The translations under genes and the position numbers were made by a program. Source: a virus (lineage: Duplodnaviria > Heunggongvirae > Uroviricota > Caudoviricetes). From it: 45,635 nt of DNA. The notes under the pieces were generated by a model that searched no databases, was not told the origin of the DNA, and saw only the letters and a program-made list of their open reading frames with translations. The stretch lies in the IMG/VR virus record IMGVR_UViG_2671180631_000012, one strand, 5' to 3'. Below are positions 33,794 through 43,707 of the stretch, piece after piece (positions within the stretch are counted from its first letter, which is position 1; every line of letters starts with the position of its first letter).

Positions 33794-33931
33794 AACCTGC
33801 CTCCTTAAACTAACATACCATGAGCCAGCAATGTCCGCTATTGGCACAAAGCGGACAACCACGCTAGCTCTCCCCTGTGCCAGAAAAATGTCAATTTACA
33901 TATGAACTAATGCTCTTTGATCTAGTAACGT

Positions 33932-34348
33932 CTATAAATACCGAAGATTTCCTTGATAAAATGCCAGTACACGTTTCATAACTTCACTCTTCCGGCACTC
34001 GCGACAGATTATGTTCTGACGCCTGTCATAGCGGCGTATTTCTCCGTCTGGTAATGACCAGATAAGGTCAGGATCAACCACAACCGTTTTTTTCACCTTT
34101 GCCCTGGATAGTTTTTTGCGGGCGTTTTTCCAATCCTTACGAGCCTGTTCAGACGGGAATAACCCATAGCCAGAGTTGTATACATCGCCACTGGCAACCA
34201 ACTCTCTGGCAAGAATGCTCATCAGATATCTTGTCGCACCTGTCTTGGCCTCCAGTTGCCTTAACGTCTCGCGCCCACTCTGGCGTACCAACTCAACAAC
34301 CTGCTCCTTAATTTTTTCACGCTCTTCCTGTGTAAAAACTTTTGCCAT
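33932..34348 (-). CDS. Hypothetical phage early protein
   Basis: ORF 33932-34363; preferred start MAKVFTQEEREK at 34348 with GGAGG SD. Confidence 0.45.
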   Translation of the reverse strand: MAKVFTQEEREKIKEQVVELVRQSGRETLRQLEAKTGATRYLMSILARELVASGDVYNSGYGLFPSEQARKDWKNARKKLSRAKVKKTVVVDPDLIWSLPDGEIRRYDRRQNIICRECRKSEVMKRVLAFYQGNLRYL

Positions 34349-34363
34349 AAGCGCCTCCGGCAA

Positions 34364-35125
34364 TCACTTTTCCGACACAATACGACTGGAGGAATCGACA
34401 ATCTGTCGGACAATATCCCGGTGCTTGTTCAGCTCCCGCAGCGCGGCGCAGACTCGCTCCCACTTCTGGACATGATTTTTCGCCCGACGCAGTTCGCGGT
34501 TTGCCATATGCAGCGATGGTAAAACTAGGTCATCCGCTTGCGTTTCAGTAAACGATGGCAGCGACTGCACAATGTCCGCCACAGTTTCTGTTTTAATATC
34601 TTCCTGTGTTGCCGCTTCCTGTACTGGTAACGCAACACCGGCTGGCTGAGGAAAGGCTTTACCATCAGTTTCCGCTACCGATGCAGCTTTCGGCTCTGCT
34701 GGTAAATTATCGCCCGGCATGCAGTAACGAAATTTACTGTTCTGGTTTACGCGAATCAGGCGTCCTTTGCTGATTGCCATTGCCAGCGTTGAAGCAACTT
34801 TGCGGGATGTTGTACCGAACAGCGTAGCCAGTTCATCCGCCGTTTGTGGTCCGCGTTGTTCAATCGTCGCGGTTAAATCGCACTCTGAGATTTTCACTAC
34901 AGTTGCCGTGGTGGTTTCTTCCGGCAGTTCTGCCTGCATTGGCTGTTCCTGCTGAACGTTGTTATCAGCCACACGCCAGGTGTACGCGCTTTTATCAACG
35001 AAACCAGCTTTTTTCAGTTCCCATAGTTCGTTCAGCACTTCTTCACGACTGATATCAAGTCGCGCAGCAAGTTCTATGGATGTGGCTTTTCCCATTGCTT
35101 TCAGTGCGTCAAAAACAGTCTCCAT
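34364..35125 (-). CDS. Hypothetical phage protein with N-terminal winged-helix-like region
   Basis: ORF 34364-35176; preferred start [13 protein letters not shown] at 35125 with GGAGG SD; [30 protein letters not shown] resembles a winged HTH. Confidence 0.45.
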   Translation of the reverse strand: METVFDALKAMGKATSIELAARLDISREEVLNELWELKKAGFVDKSAYTWRVADNNVQQEQPMQAELPEETTTATVVKISECDLTATIEQRGPQTADELATLFGTTSRKVASTLAMAISKGRLIRVNQNSKFRYCMPGDNLPAEPKAASVAETDGKAFPQPAGVALPVQEAATQEDIKTETVADIVQSLPSFTETQADDLVLPSLHMANRELRRAKNHVQKWERVCAALRELNKHRDIVRQIVDSSSRIVSEK

Positions 35126-35147
35126 AAAAATTTCCTCCCGGTAAAAA

Positions 35148-35840
35148 TTACTTCTCAATTCCTGGCTGGACGACATTCGGACGCCAGCTCTCCCAGTTAA
35201 AATTCACCCATCGCCCGCCGTTCATGGNNNNNNNNNNNNNNNNNNNNNNNNNNNNNNNNNNNNNNNNNNNNNNNNNNNNNNNNNNNNNNNNNNNNNNNNN
35301 NNNNNNNNNNNNNNNNNNNNNNNNNNNNNNNNNNNNNNNNNNNNNNNNNNNNNNNNNNNNNNNNNNNNNNNNNNNNNNNNNNNNNNNNNNNNNNNNNNNN
35401 NNNNNNNNNNNNNNNNNNNNNNNNNNNNNNNNNNNNNNNNNNNNNNNNNNNNNNNNNNNNNNNNNNNNNNNNNNNNNGATAGCTGCCGCTAAGTGGTTCT
35501 TCCCGGTACCAGGTTTTCCGCTGAACGCAAAATTTGTACACCCGGTCATCAGTTCATCAGCGATGGATTTCGCCTGACTCAACGCGTATCGCTGCGCTTC
35601 GTTCTGCACCTGGTAATTCGAAAACGAGCATTTGCGGTGCAATGGCTGGATGCCAGAGCGATTCAGAATTTTTTCCACCCGCAACTGACGATTCTGACGG
35701 TTGATCTCCTCACAACGTTTCTGGCCTTCGGAAAGTTGCCACTCGCGCCACTCCGCTACCGTCTTGAATGGCGCGGTTACATGTGACGGGGCCAGTCTGC
35801 GGATACGTTCAAGAACGTCGCCTGTCGCAATATTTTTCAT
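35148..35840 (-). CDS. ydaV: DnaC/IstB-like replication ATPase (helicase loader); contains a scaffold gap
   Basis: Walker [15 protein letters not shown]; follows the YdaU-like gene; N run at 35228-35477 translated as X. Confidence 0.7.
   Translation of the reverse strand: MKNIATGDVLERIRRLAPSHVTAPFKTVAEWREWQLSEGQKRCEEINRQNRQLRVEKILNRSGIQPLHRKCSFSNYQVQNEAQRYALSQAKSIADELMTGCTNFAFSGKPGTGKNHLAAAIXXXXXXXXXXXXXXXXXXXXXXXXXXXXXXXXXXXXXXXXXXXXXXXXXXXXXXXXXXXXXXXXXXXXXXXXXXXXXXXXXXXXMNGGRWVNFNWESWRPNVVQPGIEK
35228..35477. other. Assembly gap (250 N) inside the DnaC-like gene
   Basis: N run. Confidence 0.9.
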
Positions 35841-35846
35841 GGTCAG

Positions 35847-36704
35847 TTACCCCCTGAAGCCTGGCGGGATCGCACTATCCGGTAACGAGACGGTGTTAAC
35901 CTGTCGGAGTAACGTCTCAGGTCGAACACCTTTCGGCGCGAACAAGCCCTGGTATTCATTGGCGATGCTGTGTCGAATCACCTGCTCAGGTGAAAAACCC
36001 TGCTGGCGGAATTTTTCCAGCTCCCGTATCGCCCCGTTAGCGCCCTGCTCCGTTCGAATCGGTTTTCGCAATGCCTGGCGAAATTCAACCCACTCACGCC
36101 AAAGCGAGACAGAAATCCAGTTCGGCAAAGCAATATCCAGAGGGTCAAACTTTTTGACACCTCGATTCCCCCGGGGGGGATTTAGGGGGGGATCTGTTTT
36201 TAGATCTTTATCTGTATCTTTATTAGTTGCCTTTGTGTTGACATCATGTTCAAACACCACTTCAACATCTGTTTGAACACCTGTTAAATTTCTCTCTTGT
36301 TTTGTTTGAACATCTGCTTCCTTTCTGCTTCTTCTGGCCTGAACAGATGCTTTTCCTGCGGCTGATTTTTTGGTTAATTTTTCCCTGACTGATGCCAGAT
36401 CTTCCTCAATCCGAAGATGCACCCATTCCTCGCCGTTATCGCAAAAAAACTCCTGCAAGGATGGTTCAACATCAGCCCATCGCTCGTTAGTCAGACGGGC
36501 AATTTTTGCCAGCCTGTTTTTAGGTATTGGCTTTCCTGTTTGCCAGTAATTGAACATCAGCAACAAATACGCACCATGCTCCTCTGCTGACAAATGCATG
36601 GTGTCAGCCAGGTAATCAGCTATGTACAGTTGCATGTATGGTAATGCGGCCATAATTGCCCCGTATGATGCTGCCCGGTGGCTTAGAATAAGCACAAACA
36701 GCAT
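35847..36704 (-). CDS. ydaU: YdaU-like replication-region protein (DUF1376, recalled)
   Basis: 285-aa ORF (true start may be the internal MAALPYMQLYIADYL); between the ydaT-like and DnaC-like genes as in Rac. Confidence 0.6.
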   Translation of the reverse strand: MLFVLILSHRAASYGAIMAALPYMQLYIADYLADTMHLSAEEHGAYLLLMFNYWQTGKPIPKNRLAKIARLTNERWADVEPSLQEFFCDNGEEWVHLRIEEDLASVREKLTKKSAAGKASVQARRSRKEADVQTKQERNLTGVQTDVEVVFEHDVNTKATNKDTDKDLKTDPPLNPPRGNRGVKKFDPLDIALPNWISVSLWREWVEFRQALRKPIRTEQGANGAIRELEKFRQQGFSPEQVIRHSIANEYQGLFAPKGVRPETLLRQVNTVSLPDSAIPPGFRG

Positions 36705-36716
36705 GGAAACTTTTGC

Positions 36717-37139
36717 TTAATGAACAATGACAGAATCGTCGGAAGACCCGCCGCCGCTGAAATGCGCTTTCCGGTAAACGGCTTGGACTGCATCATCATG
36801 CGCATCAATTGCCGTACTTAACGCTTCCTGCGCCGCCAGTAATGCACGGCGTTCCAGGGTATCGAAGATGCAGAGTCGGTGACGCAGCTCGCGCGGAAGG
36901 ATTGCCAGAATTGCTGGGATCAGCTTCTGAATTTTTTCTCTTTGCGTTTTCGTTTCACCTTTCAACCAACGGTGATAGATATTCTGCTGATTATTCCAGT
37001 CCTTGCCTGGTACCAGGGGCAATTCGCCGCCCCCCTGGCGCAGATATTCTTCAGTAATGGCATTGGCTACCCATGCCTGCCCTTTTTCGGCTGCCAGGGC
37101 TAACAACACTGACTCGATGTGCTCATGCTTGATTTTCAT
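36717..37139 (-). CDS. ydaT: YdaT-like protein
   Basis: 140-aa ORF immediately downstream of the Cro-like ydaS gene; length and position match recalled Rac ydaT. Confidence 0.65.
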   Translation of the reverse strand: MKIKHEHIESVLLALAAEKGQAWVANAITEEYLRQGGGELPLVPGKDWNNQQNIYHRWLKGETKTQREKIQKLIPAILAILPRELRHRLCIFDTLERRALLAAQEALSTAIDAHDDAVQAVYRKAHFSGGGSSDDSVIVH

Positions 37140-37390
37140 GAATCAACTCCCATCAGCTTTTTCGTAGTAGTTTTATTTCTGCCAATAGTTAAAATTACAT
37201 CAGCAGAAAATAATCCGTTTGATGCATGAGCGATTTTTTCAGCGTAATTTGTTTCGCCGGTATATTCTGTGCGAGGCAATTTTCCGTTATCCATCCATTT
37301 GTAGATTGCTCTTTGGCTGACACCACAAACGTCGGCCACAACAGAAACGCGAACAGTTTTGATTACATCTTCAAGTGTTTTCTGGTTCAT
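37136..37390 (-). CDS. ydaS: Cro-like HTH regulator (YdaS family)
   Basis: ORF 37136-37462; preferred start MNQKTLEDVIKTV at 37390 with SD GAGGG; HTH segment VCGVSQRAIYKWMDNGKLP; divergent from racR. Confidence 0.7.
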   Translation of the reverse strand: MNQKTLEDVIKTVRVSVVADVCGVSQRAIYKWMDNGKLPRTEYTGETNYAEKIAHASNGLFSADVILTIGRNKTTTKKLMGVDS

Positions 37391-37405
37391 ATCACCCTCA
37401 CAATG

Positions 37406-37477
37406 TGAACTTTGAGTACATGCTATAACAGAACTGACAGTACATTCAAGAGTGAATATCATTGAACTTATGGTTCA
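37406..37477. promoter_or_regulatory. Operator cluster in the racR-ydaS divergent region (three 15-bp TGAAC-N5-GTWCA-type sites)
   Basis: TGAACtttgaGTACA (37406-37420), aGAACtgacaGTACA (37430-37444), TGAACttatgGTTCA (37463-37477, overlapping the racR start). Confidence 0.55.
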
Positions 37478-37889
37478 TGAAGATAAAGCGCGTAAAGAGT
37501 TCGCCAGTAGGCTTGCGCTAGCCTGTGAAAACGCTGGTTATGAACAACATGGAAGGCAGGCAGAAATTGCCCGTCGAATGAAATTAACACCAAAAGCGGT
37601 TAGCAAATGGTTTAATGGCGAAACAATTCCTCGCCGAGAGAAATTAAGGGAATTAGCAACACTCATTGGAACAACACCAACCTATCTTTTGGGAGAGGAT
37701 ACAGAAGAAAGTGGACAGGTACGTTTCTATCAGGAGTTAAATCCAAGACAAAAAATCATCATTGACCTTCTGGACGAGCTCCCTGACAGTGAGACAGATG
37801 AACTTTTAAAAACTCTTGAGGAGAAAAAACAGAAGTACAATGCAATTTACGAAGAGCTAGCACGAAAGAAAAAACAAAAAGCCTCTTAA
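37452..37889 (+). CDS. racR: Prophage repressor (XRE-family HTH, CI analogue)
   Basis: 145-aa ORF with HTH (GRQAEIARRMKLTPKAVSKWFNGETIP), divergent from the cro-like gene; GTG or downstream ATG start. Confidence 0.7.
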   Translation: MNIIELMVHEDKARKEFASRLALACENAGYEQHGRQAEIARRMKLTPKAVSKWFNGETIPRREKLRELATLIGTTPTYLLGEDTEESGQVRFYQELNPRQKIIIDLLDELPDSETDELLKTLEEKKQKYNAIYEELARKKKQKAS

Positions 37890-37966
37890 ACCAGCATAAA
37901 TCCGGTAGCGTCCCCCTCCGGGTTTGTGCTTCACTTTATCCCATCTCATTTTTTTACACACAAAAT

Positions 37967-38004
37967 GTACTTATAGTACTTTACATCAATGAACACAAAG
38001 TACA
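37967..38004. promoter_or_regulatory. Second operator region downstream of racR (candidate leftward early promoter/operator)
   Basis: Perfect palindrome GTACTtatAGTAC (37967-37979) and a fourth TGAACacaaaGTACA site (37990-38004), overlapping a TTTACA -35-like hexamer. Confidence 0.5.
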
Positions 38005-38179
38005 TTATATACCTACCAACCCACCCCGCCCCACAGAACGCAGGGCAATACTTCGAGTTACCAGGCAGTGGTCAGGGGTTAAGTAGCCAGCCCGAGGCGT
38101 ATGAACATGACGGCAGGGTTCAGATTTTGCAGTGCAGCAGGTTTCAGTTCCGCCACCCGGCGTTAAGGGGAGAGATAAG

Positions 38180-38314
38180 ATGGTGCATTACGAAGTAGTT
38201 CAGTATTTGATGGATTGTTGCGGTATCACTTACAACCAGGCTGTGCAGGCTTTACGCAGCAACGACTGGGATCTCTGGCAGGCAGAAGTCGCTATACACA
38301 GCAACAAGATGTGA
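38180..38314 (+). CDS. ydaG: Small protein YdaG-like (44 aa)
   Basis: MVHYEVVQYLMDCCGITYNQAVQALRSNDWDLWQAEVAIHSNKM; sits between racR and sieB as in Rac. Confidence 0.55.
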   Translation: MVHYEVVQYLMDCCGITYNQAVQALRSNDWDLWQAEVAIHSNKM

Positions 38315-38324
38315 GATTCGCAAA

Positions 38325-38480
38325 ATGCAAAAAATCGACCTCGGCAACAACGAATCCCTGGTGTGCGGCGTGTTCCCCAACCAGGATGGAACGTTCACTG
38401 CCATGACGTATACCAAAAGCAAAACATTTAAAACCGAAACTGGTGCGCGCCGATGGTTGGAGAAGCACACAGTAAGCTAA
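38325..38480 (+). CDS. ydaF: Small protein YdaF-like (51 aa)
   Basis: Own translation MQKIDLGNNESLVCGVFPNQDGTFTAMTYTKSKTFKTETGARRWLEKHTVS; not in ORF track (under 60 aa). Confidence 0.55.
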   Translation: MQKIDLGNNESLVCGVFPNQDGTFTAMTYTKSKTFKTETGARRWLEKHTVS

Positions 38481-38965
38481 CGATTAAAACGTCTACTCCT
38501 GCTGTTCCAGAATAACTTCATAAAATGGGAGTATTTTTCGGTGACGAGATAATAAGAACAGTTTGCGCTATCACTCTGATGTTGAATGATGCCCTTCCGT
38601 TCTAATTTTTTCATAACCGGGTTACGGCAAGGAGAAGTGATAATAAGATTTCCTGTTTTAAGGAAATCTTTAAATACAGCGATTTCTTTCTCAGATAAAC
38701 GAAGCAATACTCGTTGCTCTGGTAGTAATGAATAATGCTTTTGAATATGTGCTCGCAATCTTGAGAAGGAAATGGCGACCACGAAAGAAAAGGCAAAAAC
38801 GATAATCTGAAAGAGCCAAGGTATTTCAGTATAAGCATTGAATGCGACAGTAAACTCTTTCGGTATCAGCCAGAGAGTGAGACCAAAAATGATAATCGTA
38901 TACATAAGTATTTCGAGTGGCTCGTTAGCAAAAAGTTTCAACAATGGAGTAAATACATCCAACAT
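38477..38965 (-). CDS. sieB: Superinfection exclusion protein B
   Basis: ORF 38477-39088; from the internal start MLDVFTPLLKLFANEPLEILMYTIIIFGLTLWLIP the product is 162 aa with TM helices, matching recalled SieB. Confidence 0.7.
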   Translation of the reverse strand: MLDVFTPLLKLFANEPLEILMYTIIIFGLTLWLIPKEFTVAFNAYTEIPWLFQIIVFAFSFVVAISFSRLRAHIQKHYSLLPEQRVLLRLSEKEIAVFKDFLKTGNLIITSPCRNPVMKKLERKGIIQHQSDSANCSYYLVTEKYSHFMKLFWNSRSRRFNR

Positions 38966-39183
38966 ATCAATAACTCTCAACTGTAAGGGTATTGAAATGT
39001 TAACACAAGCTCTCGCTGTAGGGGTATAGCCGAGACCACCGAAGCCCGGAGGTGGTGAAATAAAACCGGGCACAACACGAAGGCGCATTTCCGATATCCA
39101 TAAAGAGTCGGTCTTGTCTGTTAAATTTAAATGGTGGGAGTGCGCCTCCGGTTGTAAATAACGACATTGCTGTGTGTAGTCCT

Positions 39184-39231
39184 GGCGGCATCAGTTTTTT
39201 TCTTGAAGTTCGGCTGATGTCCGCCCTTTTT
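39184..39231 (+). terminator. Plus-strand terminator-like hairpin between sieB and kilR
   Basis: GGCGGCATCAG ... CTGATG(T)CCGCC (11-bp stem, 1-nt bulge, 19-nt loop) followed by CTTTTT. Confidence 0.4.
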
Positions 39232-39406
39232 AAAGTGAATTTTGTGATGCGGTGAATGCGGCTAAGCGCACGTGGCACAGTTAAAAGTCATGTTAGTCCT
39301 TATTGGTTTGGGTGGGAAAGCCGACTGTAATTGTTAACTGGTTGCAGTCACCTGGAGGCACCAGGCACCGCATCAACAAAGTTCATTTGTAAAAATGGAG
39401 ATAATT

Positions 39407-39628
39407 ATGATTGCACATCACTTCGGAACTGATGAAATACCACGTCAGTGTGTGACTCCTGGCGATTATGTTCTTCATGAAGGCCGGACATATATTGCCT
39501 CGGCAAACAATATTAAAAAGCGAAAACTATATATTCGTAACCTGACCACAAAAACATGCATTACTGACCGCATGATTAAAGTCTTCCTCGGTCGTGATGG
39601 TTTACCTGTAAAGGCGGAGTCATGGTGA
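39407..39628 (+). CDS. kilR: Cell-division inhibitor KilR
   Basis: From [46 protein letters not shown] the product is 73 aa, matching recalled Rac KilR. Confidence 0.85.
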   Translation: MIAHHFGTDEIPRQCVTPGDYVLHEGRTYIASANNIKKRKLYIRNLTTKTCITDRMIKVFLGRDGLPVKAESW

Positions 39629-39798
39629 TGACTAAGAAAATAAAATGTGCTTACCACCTTTGCAAAAAAGACGTTGAAGAAAGCAAAGCTATTGAAAGAA
39701 TGCTTCACTTCATGCACGGGATTTTATCAAAAGACGAACCGAGAAAATATTGCAGTGAAGCTTGTGCCGAAAAAGACCAGATGGCACATGAACTTTAA
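39628..39798 (+). CDS. ydaE: YdaE (56 aa, Cys-containing small protein)
   Basis: Own translation [56 protein letters not shown]; ATGA start-stop overlap with kilR; under 60 aa. Confidence 0.65.
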   Translation: MTKKIKCAYHLCKKDVEESKAIERMLHFMHGILSKDEPRKYCSEACAEKDQMAHEL

Positions 39799-39872
39799 TT
39801 AATTGACTATTCGAAACTGAATTTATGCCAGAAATGGCAGGTATTCGCTCAACCTTAATTAAGGAGAAAAAC

Positions 39873-40148
39873 ATGATTACCAATTATGAAGCCACTGTTG
39901 TAACTACCGATGACATTGTTCACGAGGTGAATCTGGAAGGAAAGCGCATTGGCTACGTAATTAAAACAGAAAATAAAGAAACCCCATTCACTGTGGTTGA
40001 TATCGATGGTCCATCAGGCAACGTAAAAACACTTGATGAAGGTGTCAAAAAAATGTGCCTGGTGCATATCGGAAAGAATCTGCCCGCAGAAAAAAAAGCC
40101 GAATTTCTGGCAACTCTAATTGCAATGAAATTAAAAGGTGAAATCTGA
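39873..40148 (+). CDS. racC: RacC
   Basis: ORF 39825-40148; from MITNYEATVVTTDDIVHEVNLEGKR the product is 91 aa, matching recalled RacC. Confidence 0.8.
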   Translation: MITNYEATVVTTDDIVHEVNLEGKRIGYVIKTENKETPFTVVDIDGPSGNVKTLDEGVKKMCLVHIGKNLPAEKKAEFLATLIAMKLKGEI

Positions 40149-40249
40149 AAGAAATAGCCTGCGTATGGCGCAGGCTATGAACAGTGTGTATCCGGCAAGA
40201 TCATTCACTGAACAAAACGAATTTTAATCTGAGTTGAGGTTAAAAAACA

Positions 40250-42850
40250 ATGAGCACAAAACCACTCTTCCTGTTACGGAAAGCGAAAAAATCATCCGGT
40301 GAACCTGACGTCGTCCTGTGGGCAAGCAACGATTTTGAATCGACCTGTGCCACTCTGGACTACCTGATCGTTAAGTCAGGTAAAAAACTGAGCAGCTATT
40401 TTAAAGCTGTTGCCACGAATTTTCCTGTCGTTAATGACCTGCCCGCTGAAGGTGAGATCGATTTTACCTGGAGTGAACGCTATCAACTCAGCAAAGACTC
40501 CATGACATGGGAACTAAAACCGGGAGCAGCACCAGACAACGCTCACTATCAAGGCAATACCAACGTCAACGGCGAAGACATGACTGAGATTGAGGAGAAT
40601 ATGCTACTCCCAATTTCTGGCCAGGAACTGCCCATTCGTTGGCTTGCTCAACACGGCAGCGAAAAACCGGTAACGCACGTTTCACGCGACGGACTCCAGG
40701 CATTACACATTGCTCGGGCTGAAGAACTACCGGCTGTTACTGCCCTGGCTGTTTCCCACAAAACCAGCCTGCTCGACCCGCTGGAAATTCGCGAACTCCA
40801 CAAACTGGTTCGTGACACTGACAAAGTTTTCCCTAATCCTGGTAATTCAAACCTGGGACTGATAACTGCTTTTTTCGAAGCATACCTGAACGCTGACTAC
40901 ACCGATCGAGGACTGCTGACAAAAGAGTGGATGAAGGGTAATCGTGTTTCACACATCACTCGCACGGCTTCCGGTGCTAATGCTGGCGGCGGAAACCTCA
41001 CCGATCGCGGCGAAGGTTTCGTACACGATCTGACGTCACTGGCGCGGGACGTAGCCACTGGCGTACTGGCCCGTTCAATGGATCTGGACATCTATAACCT
41101 TCATCCGGCACACGCTAAACGCATTGAGGAAATTATCGCTGAAAATAAACCGCCCTTTTCTGTTTTCCGCGACAAATTCATCACCATGCCTGGCGGGCTG
41201 GATTATTCCCGCGCCATCGTGGTTGCGTCCGTAAAAGAAGCACCAATTGGGATCGAGGTCATCCCCGCGCACGTCACTGAATATCTGAACAAAGTACTGA
41301 CTGAAACCGATCATGCCAACCCTGATCCGGAAATCGTGGATATTGCCTGCGGTCGCTCCTCTGCCCCGATGCCGCAGCGAGTAACAGAAGAAGGAAAACA
41401 GGATGATGAAGAAAAACCGCAACCATCTGGAACAACGGCAGTTGAACAGGGAGAGGCTGAAACAATGGAACCGGACGCAACTGAACATCATCAGGACACG
41501 CAGCCGCTGGATGCTCAGTCACAGGTAAATTCTGTTGATGCGAAATATCAGGAACTGCGGGCAGAACTCCATGAAGCCCGGAAAAACATTCCATCAAAAA
41601 ATCCTGTCGATGCCGATAAATTGCTTGCTGCATCACGTGGTGAATTTGTTGACGGAATTAGCGACCCGAACGATCCGAAATGGGTAAAGGGGATCCAGAC
41701 TCGCGATTGTGTGTACCAGAACCAGCCAGAAACGGAAAAAACCAGCCCGGATATGAATCAACCTGAGCCAGTAGTGCAACAGGAACCGGAAATAGCCTGC
41801 AATGCCTGCGGCCAGACTGGCGGGGATAACTGCCCTGACTGTGGTGCGGTGATGGGCGACGCAACATACCAGGAAACATTCGATGAAGAGAGTCAGGTTG
41901 AAGCTAAGGAAAATGATCCGGAGGAAATGGAAGGCGCTGAACATCCGCACAATGAGAATGCTGGCAGCGATCCGCATCGCGATTGCAGTGATGAAACTGG
42001 CGAAGTCGCAGATCCCGTAATCGTAGAAGACATAGAGCCAGGTATTTATTACGGAATTTCGAATGAGAATTACCACGCGGGTCCCGGTGTCAGTAAGTCT
42101 CAGCTCGATGACATTGCTGATACTCCGGCACTGTATTTGTGGCGTAAAAATGCCCCCGTGGACACCACAAAGACAAAAACGCTCGATTTAGGAACCGCTT
42201 TCCACTGCCGGGTACTTGAGCCGGAAGAATTCAGTAACCGCTTTATCGTAGCACCTGAATTTAACCGCCGGACAAACTCCGGAAAAGAAGAAGAGAAAGC
42301 GTTTCTGAGGGAATGCGCAAGCACAGGAAAAACGGTTATCACTGCCGAAGAAGGCCGGAAAATTGAACTCATGTATCAGAGCGTTATGGCTTTGCCGCTG
42401 GGGCAATGGCTTGTTGAAAGCGCCGGACACGCTGAATCATCAATTTACTGGGAAGATCCTGAAACAGCAATTTTGTGTCGGTGCCGTCCGGACAAAATTA
42501 TCCCTGAATTTCACTGGATCATGGACGTGAAAACTACGGCGGATATTCAACGATTCAAAACCGCTTATTACGACTACCGCTATCACGTTCAGGATGCATT
42601 CTACAGTGACGGTTATGAAGCACAGTTTGGAGTGCAGCCAACTTTCGTTTTTCTGGTTGCCAGCACAACTATTGAATGCGGACGTTATCCGGTTGAAATT
42701 TTCATGATGGGCGAAGAAGCAAAACTGGCAGGTCAGCTGGAATATCACCGCAATCTGCGAACCCTGGCTGACTGCCTCAATACCGATGAATGGCCAGCTA
42801 TTAAGACGTTATCACTGCCCCGCTGGGCTAAGGAATATGCAAATGACTAA
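40250..42850 (+). CDS. recE: Exodeoxyribonuclease VIII (RecE)
   Basis: 866-aa ORF; length and sequence (C-terminal nuclease region ...[24 protein letters not shown]...) match recalled RecE. Confidence 0.9.
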   Translation: MSTKPLFLLRKAKKSSGEPDVVLWASNDFESTCATLDYLIVKSGKKLSSYFKAVATNFPVVNDLPAEGEIDFTWSERYQLSKDSMTWELKPGAAPDNAHYQGNTNVNGEDMTEIEENMLLPISGQELPIRWLAQHGSEKPVTHVSRDGLQALHIARAEELPAVTALAVSHKTSLLDPLEIRELHKLVRDTDKVFPNPGNSNLGLITAFFEAYLNADYTDRGLLTKEWMKGNRVSHITRTASGANAGGGNLTDRGEGFVHDLTSLARDVATGVLARSMDLDIYNLHPAHAKRIEEIIAENKPPFSVFRDKFITMPGGLDYSRAIVVASVKEAPIGIEVIPAHVTEYLNKVLTETDHANPDPEIVDIACGRSSAPMPQRVTEEGKQDDEEKPQPSGTTAVEQGEAETMEPDATEHHQDTQPLDAQSQVNSVDAKYQELRAELHEARKNIPSKNPVDADKLLAASRGEFVDGISDPNDPKWVKGIQTRDCVYQNQPETEKTSPDMNQPEPVVQQEPEIACNACGQTGGDNCPDCGAVMGDATYQETFDEESQVEAKENDPEEMEGAEHPHNENAGSDPHRDCSDETGEVADPVIVEDIEPGIYYGISNENYHAGPGVSKSQLDDIADTPALYLWRKNAPVDTTKTKTLDLGTAFHCRVLEPEEFSNRFIVAPEFNRRTNSGKEEEKAFLRECASTGKTVITAEEGRKIELMYQSVMALPLGQWLVESAGHAESSIYWEDPETAILCRCRPDKIIPEFHWIMDVKTTADIQRFKTAYYDYRYHVQDAFYSDGYEAQFGVQPTFVFLVASTTIECGRYPVEIFMMGEEAKLAGQLEYHRNLRTLADCLNTDEWPAIKTLSLPRWAKEYAND

Positions 42851-43652
42851 GCAACCACCAATCGCAAAAGCCGATCTGCAAAAAACTCAGGGAAACCGTG
42901 CACCAGCAGCAATTAAAAATAACGACGTGATTAGTTTTATTAACCAGCCATCAATGAAAGAGCAACTGGCAGCAGCTCTTCCACGCCATATGACGGCTGA
43001 ACGTATGATCCGTATCGCCACCACAGAAATTCGTAAAGTTCCGGCGTTAGGAAACTGTGACACTATGAGTTTTGTCAGTGCAATCGTACAGTGTTCACAG
43101 CTCGGACTTGAGCCCGGTAGCGCCCTCGGTCATGCATATTTACTGCCTTTTGGTAATAAAAACGAAAAGAGCGGTAAAAAAAACGTTCAGCTAATCATTG
43201 GCTATCGCGGCATGATTGATCTGGCTCGCCGTTCAGGTCAAATCGCCAGCCTGTCAGCCCGTGTTGTCCGTGAAGGTGACGAGTTTAATTTCGAATTTGG
43301 CCTTGATGAAAAGTTAATACACCGCCCAGGAGAAAACGAAGATGCCCCTGTTACCCACGTCTATGCTGTCGCAAGACTGAAAGACGGAGGTACTCAGTTT
43401 GAAGTTATGACGCGCAAACAGATTGAGCTGGTGCGCAGCCAGAGTAAAGCTGGTAATAACGGGCCGTGGGTAACTCACTGGGAAGAAATGGCAAAGAAAA
43501 CGGCTATTCGTCGCCTGTTCAAATATCTGCCCGTATCAATTGAGATCCAGCGTGCAGTATCAATGGATGAAAAGGAACCACTGACAATCGATCCTGCAGA
43601 TTCCTCTGTATTAACCGGGGAATACAGTGTAATCGATAATTCAGAGGAATAA
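42843..43652 (+). CDS. recT: Recombinase RecT (single-strand annealing protein)
   Basis: ORF 42786-43652; start [16 protein letters not shown] at 42843 overlapping the recE stop; 269 aa. Confidence 0.9.
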   Translation: MTKQPPIAKADLQKTQGNRAPAAIKNNDVISFINQPSMKEQLAAALPRHMTAERMIRIATTEIRKVPALGNCDTMSFVSAIVQCSQLGLEPGSALGHAYLLPFGNKNEKSGKKNVQLIIGYRGMIDLARRSGQIASLSARVVREGDEFNFEFGLDEKLIHRPGENEDAPVTHVYAVARLKDGGTQFEVMTRKQIELVRSQSKAGNNGPWVTHWEEMAKKTAIRRLFKYLPVSIEIQRAVSMDEKEPLTIDPADSSVLTGEYSVIDNSEE

Positions 43653-43707
43653 TTCAGCCTGGCGGTGTAATGCACCGCCAACTTGAAATATTTTTATGAG
43701 AAAAATT

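Noticed and set aside
33840-33880. Possible sigma-54 promoter (TGGCAC ... GC) upstream of cargo gene A
   Set aside because: The GG-to-GC spacing is off by one relative to the -24/-12 consensus; judged coincidental.
37989-38198. Plus-strand ORF overlapping the operator/promoter region downstream of racR
   Set aside because: Low-complexity Pro/Gly-rich translation with no RBS; the region is better explained as operator/promoter plus the start of ydaG.
38838-39278. ORFs 38838-39029 (plus) and 39000-39278 (minus) around the sieB 5' end
   Set aside because: The first is antisense to sieB; the second spans the structured intergenic region and has no RBS; both likely spurious.
40158-40178. Hairpin AGCCTGCG-loop-CGCAGGCT between racC and recE as a terminator
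   Set aside because: No T-tract on the transcribed (plus) strand; more likely an mRNA processing or stability element or coincidental; function not assignable.
40897-42748. Multiple minus-strand ORFs inside recE
   Set aside because: Antisense to a full-length, recognisable recE; no RBS or homology support.
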